Virus record (IMG/VR): IMGVR_UViG_3300031720_000002
Coordinates: 2,667 to 66,666 of that record
DNA: 64,000 bases
DNA from: a virus
Reading direction: 5' to 3' (one strand)
Shown here: one piece after another, positions 36,501-45,354 of the stretch
Layout: each line of letters opens with the position of its first letter
How positions within the stretch are numbered: position 1 is the stretch's first letter
Translations under genes and position numbers: made by a program
Notes under the pieces: generated by a model
Databases searched by the model: none
What the model saw: only the letters and a program-made list of their open reading frames with translations
Told to the model about the DNA's origin: nothing

Positions 36501-38560
36501 TTCTTACCGATCTTGTCCCACGTCTGCTCTGACAAGTATCGCTGCCCAGTACCATGCTCAGCCACCACAAGCCGGTACTTATCGTTGCTAGCTGGCCGTA
36601 CACCCTGCGCGACCACAGTGCCAATGGAAGCAGTCTTCGCTGTGTCAAGCAGACTCTTTGCGTCAAATGACGCAACGGGATGTGGAATCGGCTCAGGCGC
36701 AGGCGCGGCATCGAGTGGCGCAGCGTGCGTCGTCGGCGCTTCTTGCTTACCCTTCGGCTCGTGCCACTGCGCGTTCTTGTGGTTCGTTCCCAAGTACGCG
36801 TAGAGCTTACTCTTCTTGAGCTTCTCGTCAGTCGTCCACTTGCCCTCGGCATCAGTCGACTGCACGCGGTATTCAGCGCCGTCCCAAACGATGCGCGTGT
36901 TGCCCTGCTTATTGATCGCGATGACGTCGCCGGGCTCATGCTTTGCGTGAATGAGGCCATGCGTGATCTTCATTGGCGCACCGATGGAAGGTCCCATCGG
37001 TGCGTCGATGGTTGGCGCAGGCGTAGCGATCTGGATCGTCTGCATCATTGCAAGCGCTGTGGTCGCTTCTTTATGCCCTTGGTTATCAAGGATGTCAAGA
37101 AGCACCTGCTGCTCATTATCATTGATCTTGCCCGCGTCATACGCGTTGTAGATCGCATTCTCAGCGAGCTTCTCAGGCGACTTGTTCTTCTCAGCGAACA
37201 ACTCGTTGTCGTAAATGAGTGCGTCAAGATCACTCTTAACGACAGACTCTTCCTCACCATCAATTGCGAGCAAATCGTGTAGGTTACTCGCCTGCGTGGC
37301 AGTAATCTTCCCCGACTTCTCAGCATCGTCGATCTCCTTGTGCACGCCAGTGAGTGGCGCACTGCCCGGGAGAGGCGTGTTCGGATCGAAGATGTTAGTG
37401 TCGTCTTCGCTGAACGACACCATGTTCAAGTCGTCGATGATCTGTTGCGACTTCGCAGCGCCAGGCACGCCCTCCTCGATCGCGTCATCGATGGCCTTCT
37501 CGATCGCGTGCTTCTGCTCGCTCTTGAGGTTGTCCCACTTATTCGCGTCGAGTCCCTTGACCTGCGAGATGAACGACTTCTTATCGTTCTCCGTCAAGTT
37601 CTTGAACTTACTCGCAGTGGAAAGGATGTCCTTGAGAACGTGACCGTACGAGCCCGCCTCGATGAACTTCCCGTCCTTGCCACGCGGATGCTGGACAGGA
37701 TCCCACGCTGCCGTCAGAGCCGAAATCTGGCCGTTGGTATCTACCGCGGAGTCGGTAGAAAGTGTCTCCGGGGAGGTCTGGGAGGCCGTGATTTGGTCTT
37801 CCACATCCAGATCATACAAGGTCGTGCACCGACAAGAGATGATCTCTTCCGGAGCACCCTCGGGATCACCTGGGAACATGAGGAACGACCCACCGACGAC
37901 GAAGTGTGCGTCGATCGGGACTCGCTGACCGTCTGCCGCGTGATGCGTGGGTCGAGTGTGCGAGTCCTCGGTAGCCTCCCACTCCTTCATACCCTGGATG
38001 TCAAAGGCGGAGGCTGCCTCCATCATCTGCTTCCACTCGCCGCCGTTGATCGCAGCGATGACGGTGGTCTGCGCGATGACGTGTGCCTTCTTCGTCTTGA
38101 CCTGCGCCACTTCCTCCACTCGAGTGGCGAGCTCCGCGATCGATTCGCCATCCTGCGCGCCAGTGATGAGTGACGTCTTCGCCGCCTGCCACACGTCGTC
38201 GCCAAACACCGTGACCTTGTTCGCCATCTCACTGATGAATGCCTCAGTCTTGACGACGGGCATGCCACCCAGTGGCGCAACGACGGCCTTCGCGGACTTC
38301 TGCGCGATGACGTTGAGCTCCGGCATGAGACTGCCTGCAACGTACTCGCCCCACTGGGTGGTGATCACACTCAGCGCATCGATGGCGGTGGAGAGCTCAC
38401 CACCGGTCGCAGGTGGAACGTCTCCCGCTGCGACGAGGTGTCCACTGAATGCGTACGACGCAGCAGACGCGCACGCGGCGCGCATGCCCTTCATCATGAG
38501 GGCATGGAACGCGTCGATCTGCTCGTTCACCTGCTCAGCGTTCAAGCCGTGAATCTTCAT
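33572..38560 (-). CDS. MuF minor head protein with C-terminal ADP-ribosyltransferase (polymorphic-toxin architecture)
   Basis: KEWEATEDSHTRPTH...PGDP...ISCRCT MuF domain; HPRGKDGKF; ALRKYT...MNDYLRG, LHRG, FFSAS, EEEMLL R-S-E ART. Confidence 0.88.
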   Translation of the reverse strand: MKIHGLNAEQVNEQIDAFHALMMKGMRAACASAASYAFSGHLVAAGDVPPATGGELSTAIDALSVITTQWGEYVAGSLMPELNVIAQKSAKAVVAPLGGMPVVKTEAFISEMANKVTVFGDDVWQAAKTSLITGAQDGESIAELATRVEEVAQVKTKKAHVIAQTTVIAAINGGEWKQMMEAASAFDIQGMKEWEATEDSHTRPTHHAADGQRVPIDAHFVVGGSFLMFPGDPEGAPEEIISCRCTTLYDLDVEDQITASQTSPETLSTDSAVDTNGQISALTAAWDPVQHPRGKDGKFIEAGSYGHVLKDILSTASKFKNLTENDKKSFISQVKGLDANKWDNLKSEQKHAIEKAIDDAIEEGVPGAAKSQQIIDDLNMVSFSEDDTNIFDPNTPLPGSAPLTGVHKEIDDAEKSGKITATQASNLHDLLAIDGEEESVVKSDLDALIYDNELFAEKNKSPEKLAENAIYNAYDAGKINDNEQQVLLDILDNQGHKEATTALAMMQTIQIATPAPTIDAPMGPSIGAPMKITHGLIHAKHEPGDVIAINKQGNTRIVWDGAEYRVQSTDAEGKWTTDEKLKKSKLYAYLGTNHKNAQWHEPKGKQEAPTTHAAPLDAAPAPEPIPHPVASFDAKSLLDTAKTASIGTVVAQGVRPASNDKYRLVVAEHGTGQRYLSEQTWDKIGKNWDETNKHFNADDLKASIKTQEGVGITWSAVAPSVPTTNAPSAPVGLLDTQGSKGAYNLVKANGEKMYSTNGKYLLTKGKSSGNVTVWSKAPHGGWYKPETLFTDEDMPKGLKWKKNEPIDVPSLPDLPDTSGDSNFPLQTEDALQHVLKTGEDLYSPNGKYKLSKKDFAGVGVVQLHKKNPDGTWDEGKAAVGQNVPASASWKKEPGPSLAGPINEPTQSQYDSMWDIGQYGPGKMGEVNTLWEQYTKGMMTQKEAYQQLQLVKNGPDTADLASPSVLDPSKLSTETPTKILQSLKMLLNAGVISDAEHTSLVKSTNNGDLLVPKMVISANKPLVVHEMTDVTPDLGPVINTKVTVDDLIFADSEGDGFTPAAIADAIMNLTPEKWHSLSVDEQDVLDMYLSDLSDNAHAHFMKVVKSPAPLPDAHPELNDVGNAQYKQMIEKYNAGIISKAQVDDLLETMKELYPASVAPPPTAMDLSYLQKSQFYHHFKAEKVSPAWSASKIYHSMHAAKAKMGGDPKIAGMSDAELLKALDMVEQAKTGKVNAYSDKVKEWLKTPNGQKAFKELNPAIPTLTPSLAKKTGAKKVAPPFSAYSVTKKAAKKAAKKVSSTTAGPSITPEEALGDPSVDALANHTSLYNSFKGASYGKYLTDKPEDIYWNAVQQSKANAHMTPGAILTNVDAEGAKKFGVADEHKFMQKVTDWLNTPSGKKKAAEIKAGTWSPASTSSSSSYGSSGYGTSYAHPSNTPIDEKVGPPLQQVEDFDPSKGYDWTKSNSKDFPVITEAKAKQMTANWNAQQGPMNETQKTALRKYTGSSYDPMNDYLRGYSGASAQIHKDVMNAQKGMKLSLEPIVLHRGNGWFPGWSSVEEVKSHLGEDFHQAAFFSASIGGKSAFSGQINFVIECPPGTPMAFVDTFSQHPSEEEMLLGANLNYRVVEIIEGNKAPDNSQHFNTKVTVRLRVIPPSDNAIDVDTSA

Positions 38561-40284
38561 CGGCCGATCCTCGTCAGCTCAGTTCCGGCGTATGGCGTCG
38601 GTCGTGGCGGTCCACTGGTAGTGGACGGCTTCTTCGGTGTCTGCGGTTCTGCCCGCTGAGACGCACCAGAGTCGCTCGGCGCCGTCTCCTGGGTAGTCTC
38701 TGTCACCGTCGTCGGCTCGGGTGCTAGCGGACGACCGTCGGGTCCATATCCTGGTGTCTGCGGCGTCATCGACTCAGCGAGATCCGGGAAGAGCTGACCG
38801 ATCGCCTGCGTGTTGCCCTGGAACGCCAGGAAGCGAAGAAGCTGCTTCTTGAGCTGCTCGTCGTCGGGAGCGTCAGCCTCGGTGAAGCCCTTCTCACGGC
38901 GGTACGCCTCGTCGGAGATGGAACCGTCCGCGTGCGCCTCCTGCGCGGCCTCGCCCAGGTCCGGCTTCGCGGTGAGTTCGCTGACGTCGTACCACACCAC
39001 GTAGCGAGAGCCATCCGCAGCTGTCGTCTGCGCTCCCATCGCTTCAAGCATCGGCTCGAGGTATCCGATGGTGAGCGCGTGCGCGATGATCTCCGCCATT
39101 GGCGCGATGTGAATCTTGATGCCGGACTCGTCGATCTGCCACGCTGTCCAGTGGTTCACGTTCTGCACGCCAAGGAGGACTTCCTCCGGCATTGCGAGAG
39201 TCGTAGCGAGACGCTTGATCGCCCTATCGCGCGCGTCGAGGATACCTGGCTCGAAGGGTGCGCCGAACGTCAGGTGAATGAACTTCTCGACGAGCTCTGC
39301 GGGAACACGCAGTGGAATGGGCAGCGCGGCGGAGGCAGAGCCAGGGTTCTTGATCGCTCGAGAGGCGATGTCGATGAGCTCAGCGACGAATGGGTCAGCA
39401 GCGTCCTTGAACTCCGGGCGCGTGGGGAACGTCGCCTCGGATGGAATGATGAGGACGCCATTACTGGCGAGACGAGAGACGAGATCCGCGATGATGCGAC
39501 GATTGTAGAGATCAATCTCGCGGAGGATGGGCAGCGCAGGGAGAGACGCGCTCGTCGCACGCCAGTGGAACTGGTCGTCGGGCTGCCATACACGGCAGAC
39601 GATCGACTCACCACTGAGTGGAACCCATCGGTTCTCTTCGACCTGCACCTCGTACATCGACTCTGCGCGAGCGACACCGGGACCGATGCGACTGAGCAGC
39701 CCAGTGGGTCGCTGCTTCGTATTGCCGCGCTCCTTGCGACGAATCTCATCCGTGCTCTTCACGGACCACGCTGCGTTCGAGAGCGCGCCGGTGTTCTCGT
39801 CGATCACCTTCTGCTCGCCCACGACGAAGCCTTCTCCCGGCACAGACAACTGCACCGTGAGCGACTTCATGATCGCGGACTGACCACCCATGCCACCGCC
39901 GAACTGCTCGACGATCTGCACCACCGTGCGATCCTGGTCAGTGAGAGTGGATTTAGGACGAGAAGTCTCACCAGTGCCGTTCGCCGACGACTCCTCGCCG
40001 GGATCGTCGACTTGATCGTCGCGCAGGATCTCCGGCTCGTCGCCGCCTGGCTGCAGCTTCGCCGCCACTAGACGCACGCGAGACATCGCGTTCGACAGCC
40101 AGGTGACGCCGTACCAGAACTCGCCCATGGCCCGCCAGAAGTCCCACGCCTCAGACTGCCACGCCTTCTTCTGGATGATCGGATCGCCCTGCCCTGTGTA
40201 CAGGCGAGCGGACGCGACGAGCGAGTTGAACGCAGGATTCTGCTGTCCCCCATAAGGGTTCGCACTGCGACGATAGTCAGGCAT
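38557..40284 (-). CDS. Portal protein
   Basis: WQSEAW, SRVRL, LSVPGEG, SRLASNGVLIIP, PEEVLLG...NHWTAW; first gene of the head operon. Confidence 0.85.
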   Translation of the reverse strand: MPDYRRSANPYGGQQNPAFNSLVASARLYTGQGDPIIQKKAWQSEAWDFWRAMGEFWYGVTWLSNAMSRVRLVAAKLQPGGDEPEILRDDQVDDPGEESSANGTGETSRPKSTLTDQDRTVVQIVEQFGGGMGGQSAIMKSLTVQLSVPGEGFVVGEQKVIDENTGALSNAAWSVKSTDEIRRKERGNTKQRPTGLLSRIGPGVARAESMYEVQVEENRWVPLSGESIVCRVWQPDDQFHWRATSASLPALPILREIDLYNRRIIADLVSRLASNGVLIIPSEATFPTRPEFKDAADPFVAELIDIASRAIKNPGSASAALPIPLRVPAELVEKFIHLTFGAPFEPGILDARDRAIKRLATTLAMPEEVLLGVQNVNHWTAWQIDESGIKIHIAPMAEIIAHALTIGYLEPMLEAMGAQTTAADGSRYVVWYDVSELTAKPDLGEAAQEAHADGSISDEAYRREKGFTEADAPDDEQLKKQLLRFLAFQGNTQAIGQLFPDLAESMTPQTPGYGPDGRPLAPEPTTVTETTQETAPSDSGASQRAEPQTPKKPSTTSGPPRPTPYAGTELTRIGR

Positions 40285-40289
40285 GTGAC

Positions 40290-40745
40290 CTACTCAGGCT
40301 CGCGCTGGGAGATGAGGCCGGCGACGCTCGAGGCGGCCAGCCAGAGAAGAAAGAACCATGGCCACGTGAGGCCAATGAAGATCATGACGAAGCCAGTCAC
40401 GCCGGCACCAACCCAAATGGACGTGCACCAGGCGCAGCCGATGAGGTAGGCGATCGAGCGCTTCCACCCAGTGGGTCGGGACGTGATCCCGTACTGCTCA
40501 CTGATGGTCTTCCACGCGATGTCTTGTACGGCCTTCGGAGCGGCGCGATACGCATCCCAGGCGTTGTCGTCTGGGAAGGGATTCCAGTGCTTGTCGATCC
40601 ATCTCCGTGGCCTGGACACCAGCGGCAGAGCGTCGCGGGTGACGAACCTGGTGAGACGGTACGTCGCCAGGCAGGACAGCAGTACGAGCATCCAGTGCGG
40701 AGCCACGCTCTCTCCGTTCGGTGTGTTGATCGAACCGTACAACAC
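40290..40745 (-). CDS. DUF1360-like membrane protein (start uncertain)
   Basis: LATYRLTRFVTRD and LIGCAWCTSIW. Confidence 0.75.
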   Translation of the reverse strand: MLYGSINTPNGESVAPHWMLVLLSCLATYRLTRFVTRDALPLVSRPRRWIDKHWNPFPDDNAWDAYRAAPKAVQDIAWKTISEQYGITSRPTGWKRSIAYLIGCAWCTSIWVGAGVTGFVMIFIGLTWPWFFLLWLAASSVAGLISQREPE

Positions 40746-40826
40746 AGCGGAGAGAAGACACGAAAAACCGCTCTCGCCGTGTGAACGGTGGAGCGGTTTG
40801 TCGGTTTTGTCTAGACTCTCTCAACG

Positions 40827-41030
40827 CTATCGTCTGATCGCTTCCGACGCAGCGATGATCTCTTCCGCGAACGACGCACGAGCCGCGGCGCGTTCCTCGA
40901 TGATGAGTTCACCGATCGCGCCATCGAGATACTCTATCATTCCATCGATGTCACCGTACTCCCGCGAGCACTCTTCGATGGGCTTACTGTAGATCTCGAA
41001 TGCCGTCTTGAGGATCTGCTCGTGTGTCAT
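40827..41030 (-). CDS. Hypothetical protein
   Basis: ATGA overlap with the upstream gene; GGAG RBS. Confidence 0.5.
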   Translation of the reverse strand: MTHEQILKTAFEIYSKPIEECSREYGDIDGMIEYLDGAIGELIIEERAAARASFAEEIIAASEAIRR

Positions 41031-41215
41031 CCCATTGACTCCTGTCCGACATGCACACCACTCTGATACGCCTCGTCGCGGTTGTCCTGCACGTCCTCTT
41101 CCCACTTCTCGACGATCGCTGCGACAGTACCCTCCCACACGCTGTACTCATCCGCCCAGGTGGGGTCAGCGTTGATCGTCTTCTCAACGAACTCGCGGAT
41201 CTCATCCTTCGTCAT
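41027..41215 (-). CDS. Small acidic protein
   Basis: Coupled overlaps; AYQSGVHVG C-terminal motif. Confidence 0.5.
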   Translation of the reverse strand: MTKDEIREFVEKTINADPTWADEYSVWEGTVAAIVEKWEEDVQDNRDEAYQSGVHVGQESMG

Positions 41216-41475
41216 TTCGTCTCCGTTTCACAGGGCGGGTACTGCGTGTACTGTCCCACGCTCGCCGCCAGCTTCGCTATGGCATCTTGCGCTGATGTCT
41301 TCCCGACCTGCCGTGCCTTGATGACTACGTGGCGCATCGCATCTGTGGCGAGCGTCACCTGCGTGGCGTTCGTACTGATCTTGACCTCGTAGCCCATCTC
41401 CTCGAGGATGGCCGCCGCCTTGCGGACGGCGGCCTCCTCGGCGATGTGGCGAGTGATGACGAAGTTCGTCTTCAT
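41212..41475 (-). CDS. Small protein with terminase-like KARQVGKT motif
   Basis: VVIKARQVGKTSA. Confidence 0.5.
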   Translation of the reverse strand: MKTNFVITRHIAEEAAVRKAAAILEEMGYEVKISTNATQVTLATDAMRHVVIKARQVGKTSAQDAIAKLAASVGQYTQYPPCETETK

Positions 41476-41614
41476 CGCTTCGCATCCACGCTGATGGAGA
41501 GGCGACCGATCGAGATGTGGAACGCGTAAAACTTCGTGCCGAGGCTGAGGAAGAACCAGCCCTTGTCGCTGCTGACCTTCCAGCCACTCGCGTCAGGCAC
41601 TCGGTGTAGCTTCT

Positions 41615-41851
41615 TCACTGCGTCTCCTTCACGTCATCTGCGTGACGCTCGTCAACATACTCGATTGCGAAGCTCCACATGTTCTGTGCGTTCCACGCGA
41701 TCATTCGCTGCACTGCAAGTGTCGGGTGATCTGGGCAGATGATGGTGAGCATGTGCTCGTCATCGCCGTCCAGTGGTGCAAGTGGAATATGGAGCTCGGC
41801 AGTCGGCGAGATGAACGCCGACCACCGGCCCTGTGTGTAAGTGGCGATCAT
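41615..41851 (-). CDS. Hypothetical protein
   Basis: Start overlaps the upstream stop in a run of minus-strand genes. Confidence 0.45.
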   Translation of the reverse strand: MIATYTQGRWSAFISPTAELHIPLAPLDGDDEHMLTIICPDHPTLAVQRMIAWNAQNMWSFAIEYVDERHADDVKETQ

Positions 41852-42026
41852 CAGTCACACTCCGCGTTCCCGAACATGATCTCATTCGAGTACTCGTCGT
41901 CGGTGTCGTCCTCAGCGTTGGTCTCGCACTCGACGTTCGTGCACTGCCCGAAGCGGTCGAGGTCTGAACCGCAGGCGTCACAACTGCCAGCCGAGTCGTG
42001 ACGCCCATTCAACTTCCGCTGCTTCA

Positions 42027-42386
42027 TCACCACTTCACTCCCCACTGAGGCGCGCACTTCGGACCCATCCCGCACTTGCGGCTACGCTCGTGCGTCAGAG
42101 GCGAGTCACAGGCACCACAGAAGTGCGCGTGCTTTCCGTACAGCGTGATCGCCTGCTTGGGGTTCTGCGAGATGACGTACAGAACGTAAGACTGCCACTT
42201 AACGTTCAGCGTGTGGCGAGCGTAGTCGCCCGGGTGGCCGATGAGGCGGTAGATCCGGTTCCCGCCCTTGACTTTCTTGATCTCGAAGAAGTACGGCGTA
42301 ACGCCGTCCTTCGCCATGACCACGTACTTGCCCTCCGCGAGCGTCGCGGCGAGGGCGTTCAGCTGGGGGTAGGTCATGCTAGCCAT
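42027..42386 (-). CDS. DUF6011-like Zn-finger protein
   Basis: CGACDSPLTHERSRKCGMGPKC; GGAG RBS; own promoter. Confidence 0.75.
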   Translation of the reverse strand: MASMTYPQLNALAATLAEGKYVVMAKDGVTPYFFEIKKVKGGNRIYRLIGHPGDYARHTLNVKWQSYVLYVISQNPKQAITLYGKHAHFCGACDSPLTHERSRKCGMGPKCAPQWGVKW

Positions 42387-42435
42387 CGTTCCTACTCCTT
42401 CGTCTTTCGTCGAGTTTCCTTGCCCTTATGAGATA

Positions 42436-42464
42436 ATCTTAACAGGACCTTGAGTGAATGTCAA
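42436..42464 (-). promoter_or_regulatory. Repeated early promoter P1
   Basis: TTGACA-N17 (ending CCTGT)-TAAGAT-TATCTC. Confidence 0.85.
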
Positions 42465-42501
42465 CGGATTCACTCAAGGTCCGATCAGACGACCTCATCG
42501 T

Positions 42502-42846
42502 TCACTTGACGACGTAGTGCTTGTACGTGTTCGGGAAGAGCTGCTTGACACCCTTCGCCCAGTAGGTGACGCCCGTCGTCAGGTCCATGATGGCGTACAC
42601 GACGTGCGTGCCCAGGTCGCGGCCGGACTGATCGCCGTACAGACCGACCGAGTCGCCCACGCTCATCGGCTCGAGGTGGCCGTGCGAGGTGACCATCTTC
42701 GTCTGGCCGCGCCGCTTGCCATTCGACTGCTTGACGGGAACGCAGAGGTACGCGAACATCCCGGGCTCCGCGTACGGGTTCGTCTTGGGGATGTAAGCGT
42801 TCATCCGCGTGCCGGAGTTCAGGACGGCCAGGGTGCCAGCGTACAT
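42502..42846 (-). CDS. Hypothetical protein
   Basis: AGGAG RBS; downstream of P2. Confidence 0.6.
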   Translation of the reverse strand: MYAGTLAVLNSGTRMNAYIPKTNPYAEPGMFAYLCVPVKQSNGKRRGQTKMVTSHGHLEPMSVGDSVGLYGDQSGRDLGTHVVYAIMDLTTGVTYWAKGVKQLFPNTYKHYVVK

Positions 42847-42886
42847 GATCGTCTCCTAAGTCATCTGTCGTGTTTCCGTTGAGATA

Positions 42887-42915
42887 ATTCTAACAGGATC
42901 CTGTGCGCTGTGCAA
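42887..42915 (-). promoter_or_regulatory. Repeated early promoter P2
   Basis: TTGCAC-N17 (ending CCTGT)-TAGAAT-TATCTC. Confidence 0.85.
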
Positions 42916-43085
42916 TACAACGACGCACAGAATCCCGTTAGAACGACCTAGCTCTTCCTCATCACTTCCGTCGCCCGAAGACGAGTGGGAGGATGAAGAG
43001 AATTGCCATGACGATGATGAGACCGAGTGCCACGTTGTGGTTGGGGTGATGCAACTCGGGCGTGGGGGTGAGAGTGGGAGTCACG

Positions 43086-43502
43086 TCAGCCCTTCGTCGT
43101 GTACACGCAGGCGGCCTTGCCGTACTGGTTCAAGTTGTCCTGCGCGTCACCGAATCGGCCATCGTCGATCTTGCACCAGCCCTCCGCGCAGCCATCCTTC
43201 GCGGTGACCTTGATGGTGAACTGGATGCGCTTGCCCGCACTGTACGTGAGGGCGTGCTCCCACCCACCGCCGGCGATGTGGATGTCAGACTCCGGGATGA
43301 GGCCCTTCCCGGACGAGGTCAGGTGAATCGAGTAGGGCGAGCAACGCTCACTCACCCACGTCTGCAGCAGGAGGTCACGGACGCCTTCAGGGTCACCGTC
43401 CATCGGATCCTGCTTCGGCTTGGCCGCGTCCTTCGGACAGGCCATCAGAAACGGGACGATGATGGCCGTGAGGCCAGCGATGACGATCTTGCTCTTGTTC
43501 AC
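43086..43502 (-). CDS. Putative lipoprotein
   Basis: Basic N-terminus, hydrophobic core, lipobox LMAC. Confidence 0.7.
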   Translation of the reverse strand: MNKSKIVIAGLTAIIVPFLMACPKDAAKPKQDPMDGDPEGVRDLLLQTWVSERCSPYSIHLTSSGKGLIPESDIHIAGGGWEHALTYSAGKRIQFTIKVTAKDGCAEGWCKIDDGRFGDAQDNLNQYGKAACVYTTKG

Positions 43503-43513
43503 TTCGTCTCCTG

Positions 43514-43747
43514 TCAATCGATGATCTCGTAGGTGACGGTGACACGTACGATGCGGAACTCGAAGCGCCATCCATACTTTGCGCTTCGCTTGATGAACGC
43601 AGCGCGTGCCTTCTTCGCCTCCTCCACAGTCGGAAAGATTTGCTTCTTACTGAGGTCACCTAGCTTCGCGTACTCCATCACGCCCCAGTCACTCCAGTGG
43701 CCTGCCACAACTTCCGAGCGTCGCTGCAGCTCAAAGGTGACCTTCAT
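43514..43747 (-). CDS. Hypothetical protein
   Basis: GGAGG RBS; downstream of P3. Confidence 0.55.
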   Translation of the reverse strand: MKVTFELQRRSEVVAGHWSDWGVMEYAKLGDLSKKQIFPTVEEAKKARAAFIKRSAKYGWRFEFRIVRVTVTYEIID

Positions 43748-43778
43748 CGTACGTCCTCCATCAATCCGTCCTGAGATT

Positions 43779-43807
43779 ATCATATCAGGATTCGTGATTA
43801 CGTGCAA
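43779..43807 (-). promoter_or_regulatory. Repeated early promoter P3
   Basis: TTGCAC-N17 (ending CCTGA)-TATGAT-AATCTC. Confidence 0.88.
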
Positions 43808-43808
43808 C

Positions 43809-43830
43809 AAAAAAGCGGCCCGAAGGCCGC
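43809..43830 (-). terminator. Intrinsic terminator abutting P3
   Basis: Minus strand GCGGCC-TTCG-GGCCGC-TTTTTT. Confidence 0.8.
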
Positions 43831-43886
43831 CCCTTTGCTCTTACGCTAGTCCCACATGTAGTCCTTCATGTCCCCTCCTCTCACAC

Positions 43887-44327
43887 TTAGACGCCGTAGA
43901 ACTCCGCGATCCAGCGGTGCACGCGGGGCAGGACGTAGGCGCGAACGGTGTTGCCGTCGATGTGGACGCCGGAGCCGTCGTCGTGCAGGTACTTGGCGGC
44001 GAAACCCTTCGTCTCGATGCTCGCCGTGCGGTACGCGTTCCAGGCGACGATGCGGTGCGCGGTGACGCCCATCGGCAGGTGGCCGCCGATCTGCTCCGCG
44101 CCCAGCTCCACCTCGTTGTTCACCGTGAACCACAGGATCGTCTTGCCGTTCGAGTTGAGCGCGTACACACTGTGACCGACCTGGTCGTCGTGCACGTACC
44201 AGAGGCCGTCCTTCTTCGCGGACTCGGCCACCGCCGCCTGCACCTCGGCGTACACGGCCTGGAGCTCCGCGAGCTCGTCCGCGTTGAAGAGGTTCTCGAA
44301 GCTCTTCTCGTTCTCGTTCTCGCCCAT
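43887..44327 (-). CDS. Hypothetical protein
   Basis: GAGG RBS; strong GC3 bias; downstream of P4. Confidence 0.65.
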   Translation of the reverse strand: MGENENEKSFENLFNADELAELQAVYAEVQAAVAESAKKDGLWYVHDDQVGHSVYALNSNGKTILWFTVNNEVELGAEQIGGHLPMGVTAHRIVAWNAYRTASIETKGFAAKYLHDDGSGVHIDGNTVRAYVLPRVHRWIAEFYGV

Positions 44328-44366
44328 CGTCCTCTGTCCCTTCGTCTGATTCCCCGTGCTGAGATA

Positions 44367-44395
44367 ATCATATCAGGAGGATCGTCGCAGTGCAA
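44367..44395 (-). promoter_or_regulatory. Repeated early promoter P4
   Basis: TTGCAC-N17 (ending CCTGA)-TATGAT-TATCTC. Confidence 0.88.
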
Positions 44396-44410
44396 CAACT
44401 TCCTGTGCGA

Positions 44411-44602
44411 TTACCCAGTGGTCTCGCCTCGCGCCTCCGCGATGCCGTCACGGCGACCCTCGCGGTAGCCCTCCGCCGACGCCTCACGCCGCGCGTCTGC
44501 GGTGATCTCGTTCACCGCGGTGTCGACGAGGTCCATCACGTTCGTGGTGTCGCCGCTCTCAAGCATCTGCTCGAGCAGCGCCATCAACTCTGACTTGTTC
44601 AC
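44411..44602 (-). CDS. Small protein with GxxxG (GYREGRRDG) helix
   Basis: AGGAGG RBS; downstream of P5. Confidence 0.6.
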   Translation of the reverse strand: MNKSELMALLEQMLESGDTTNVMDLVDTAVNEITADARREASAEGYREGRRDGIAEARGETTG

Positions 44603-44636
44603 TGTGTCCTCCTAAGTATAACTTCCCGATGATACT

Positions 44637-44665
44637 AATATATCAGGAACTTAAGAACGATGCAA
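44637..44665 (-). promoter_or_regulatory. Repeated early promoter P5
   Basis: TTGCAT-N17 (ending CCTGA)-TATATT. Confidence 0.8.
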
Positions 44666-44724
44666 CAACTGTCGCACACAAAAGAGGCGCACCCAGTTGG
44701 GTACGCCTCGAGTTGCGTGAGGTG

Positions 44725-45006
44725 CTACGCCTGGCCCGTCTCCCGCAGCCACGCGCAGCGAATGCGGTCGTTGAGGACCCGCTGGGTGGGACGACGACGG
44801 TCGCCCGGGAGGTAGCCCGGCTGGTCGACGATGCCGAACGACCCGCCGAAGCCACGCGGCTTCCACACGCAGACCTCATTGTACTTCGCCAGCAAGTTCG
44901 CCGGCGAGTACCAACCCGCCCACGTCACCTTCGACGCGACGAGCATCTCGATCATGACCTTCGGGGCGACTCGGCGGTGCTCCACGTTACCCATGATGTC
45001 CTCCAT
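44725..45006 (-). CDS. Hypothetical protein
   Basis: Between P6 and a hairpin/T-tract at about 44679-44709. Confidence 0.55.
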   Translation of the reverse strand: MEDIMGNVEHRRVAPKVMIEMLVASKVTWAGWYSPANLLAKYNEVCVWKPRGFGGSFGIVDQPGYLPGDRRRPTQRVLNDRIRCAWLRETGQA

Positions 45007-45033
45007 CGTCTGTCGCTATCGCCTTACCTGTTT

Positions 45034-45062
45034 ATCATATCAGGATTAATCACATCATGCAA
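45034..45062 (-). promoter_or_regulatory. Repeated early promoter P6
   Basis: TTGCAT-N17 (ending CCTGA)-TATGAT. Confidence 0.85.
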
Positions 45063-45348
45063 CAAATCCTCCCAGGGTCATCAGCGAACGGGAGGTGACA
45101 CTGTAGCCGGGGTGTGGGTGAACGCGGTAACCCGCCTCATCCCAGACCTCCTGGGTCCAGCGCTGAACGAGCTTGTCTACGAAGTGCTGACGAGTGGTGC
45201 AACCACGCGTGACAATGCGCTCTTGCTTGCAGAGTGCCTTGAGTTCCGCCACCCTCATCGTGTCGAGCTTATCGAGGAAGGCGGGGGCGAGTTGATCGGC
45301 GAGCTTCATCGCGTCCGTGATGGCCTTGCCGCTATTGTACTCCGTCAT
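45055..45348 (-). CDS. SAP/HeH-like small protein, leaderless
   Basis: LDTMRVAELKALCKQERI...TTRQHFVDKL; ATG 6 nt after the P7 -10. Confidence 0.55.
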   Translation of the reverse strand: MTEYNSGKAITDAMKLADQLAPAFLDKLDTMRVAELKALCKQERIVTRGCTTRQHFVDKLVQRWTQEVWDEAGYRVHPHPGYSVTSRSLMTLGGFVA

Positions 45349-45354
45349 GCGTTA

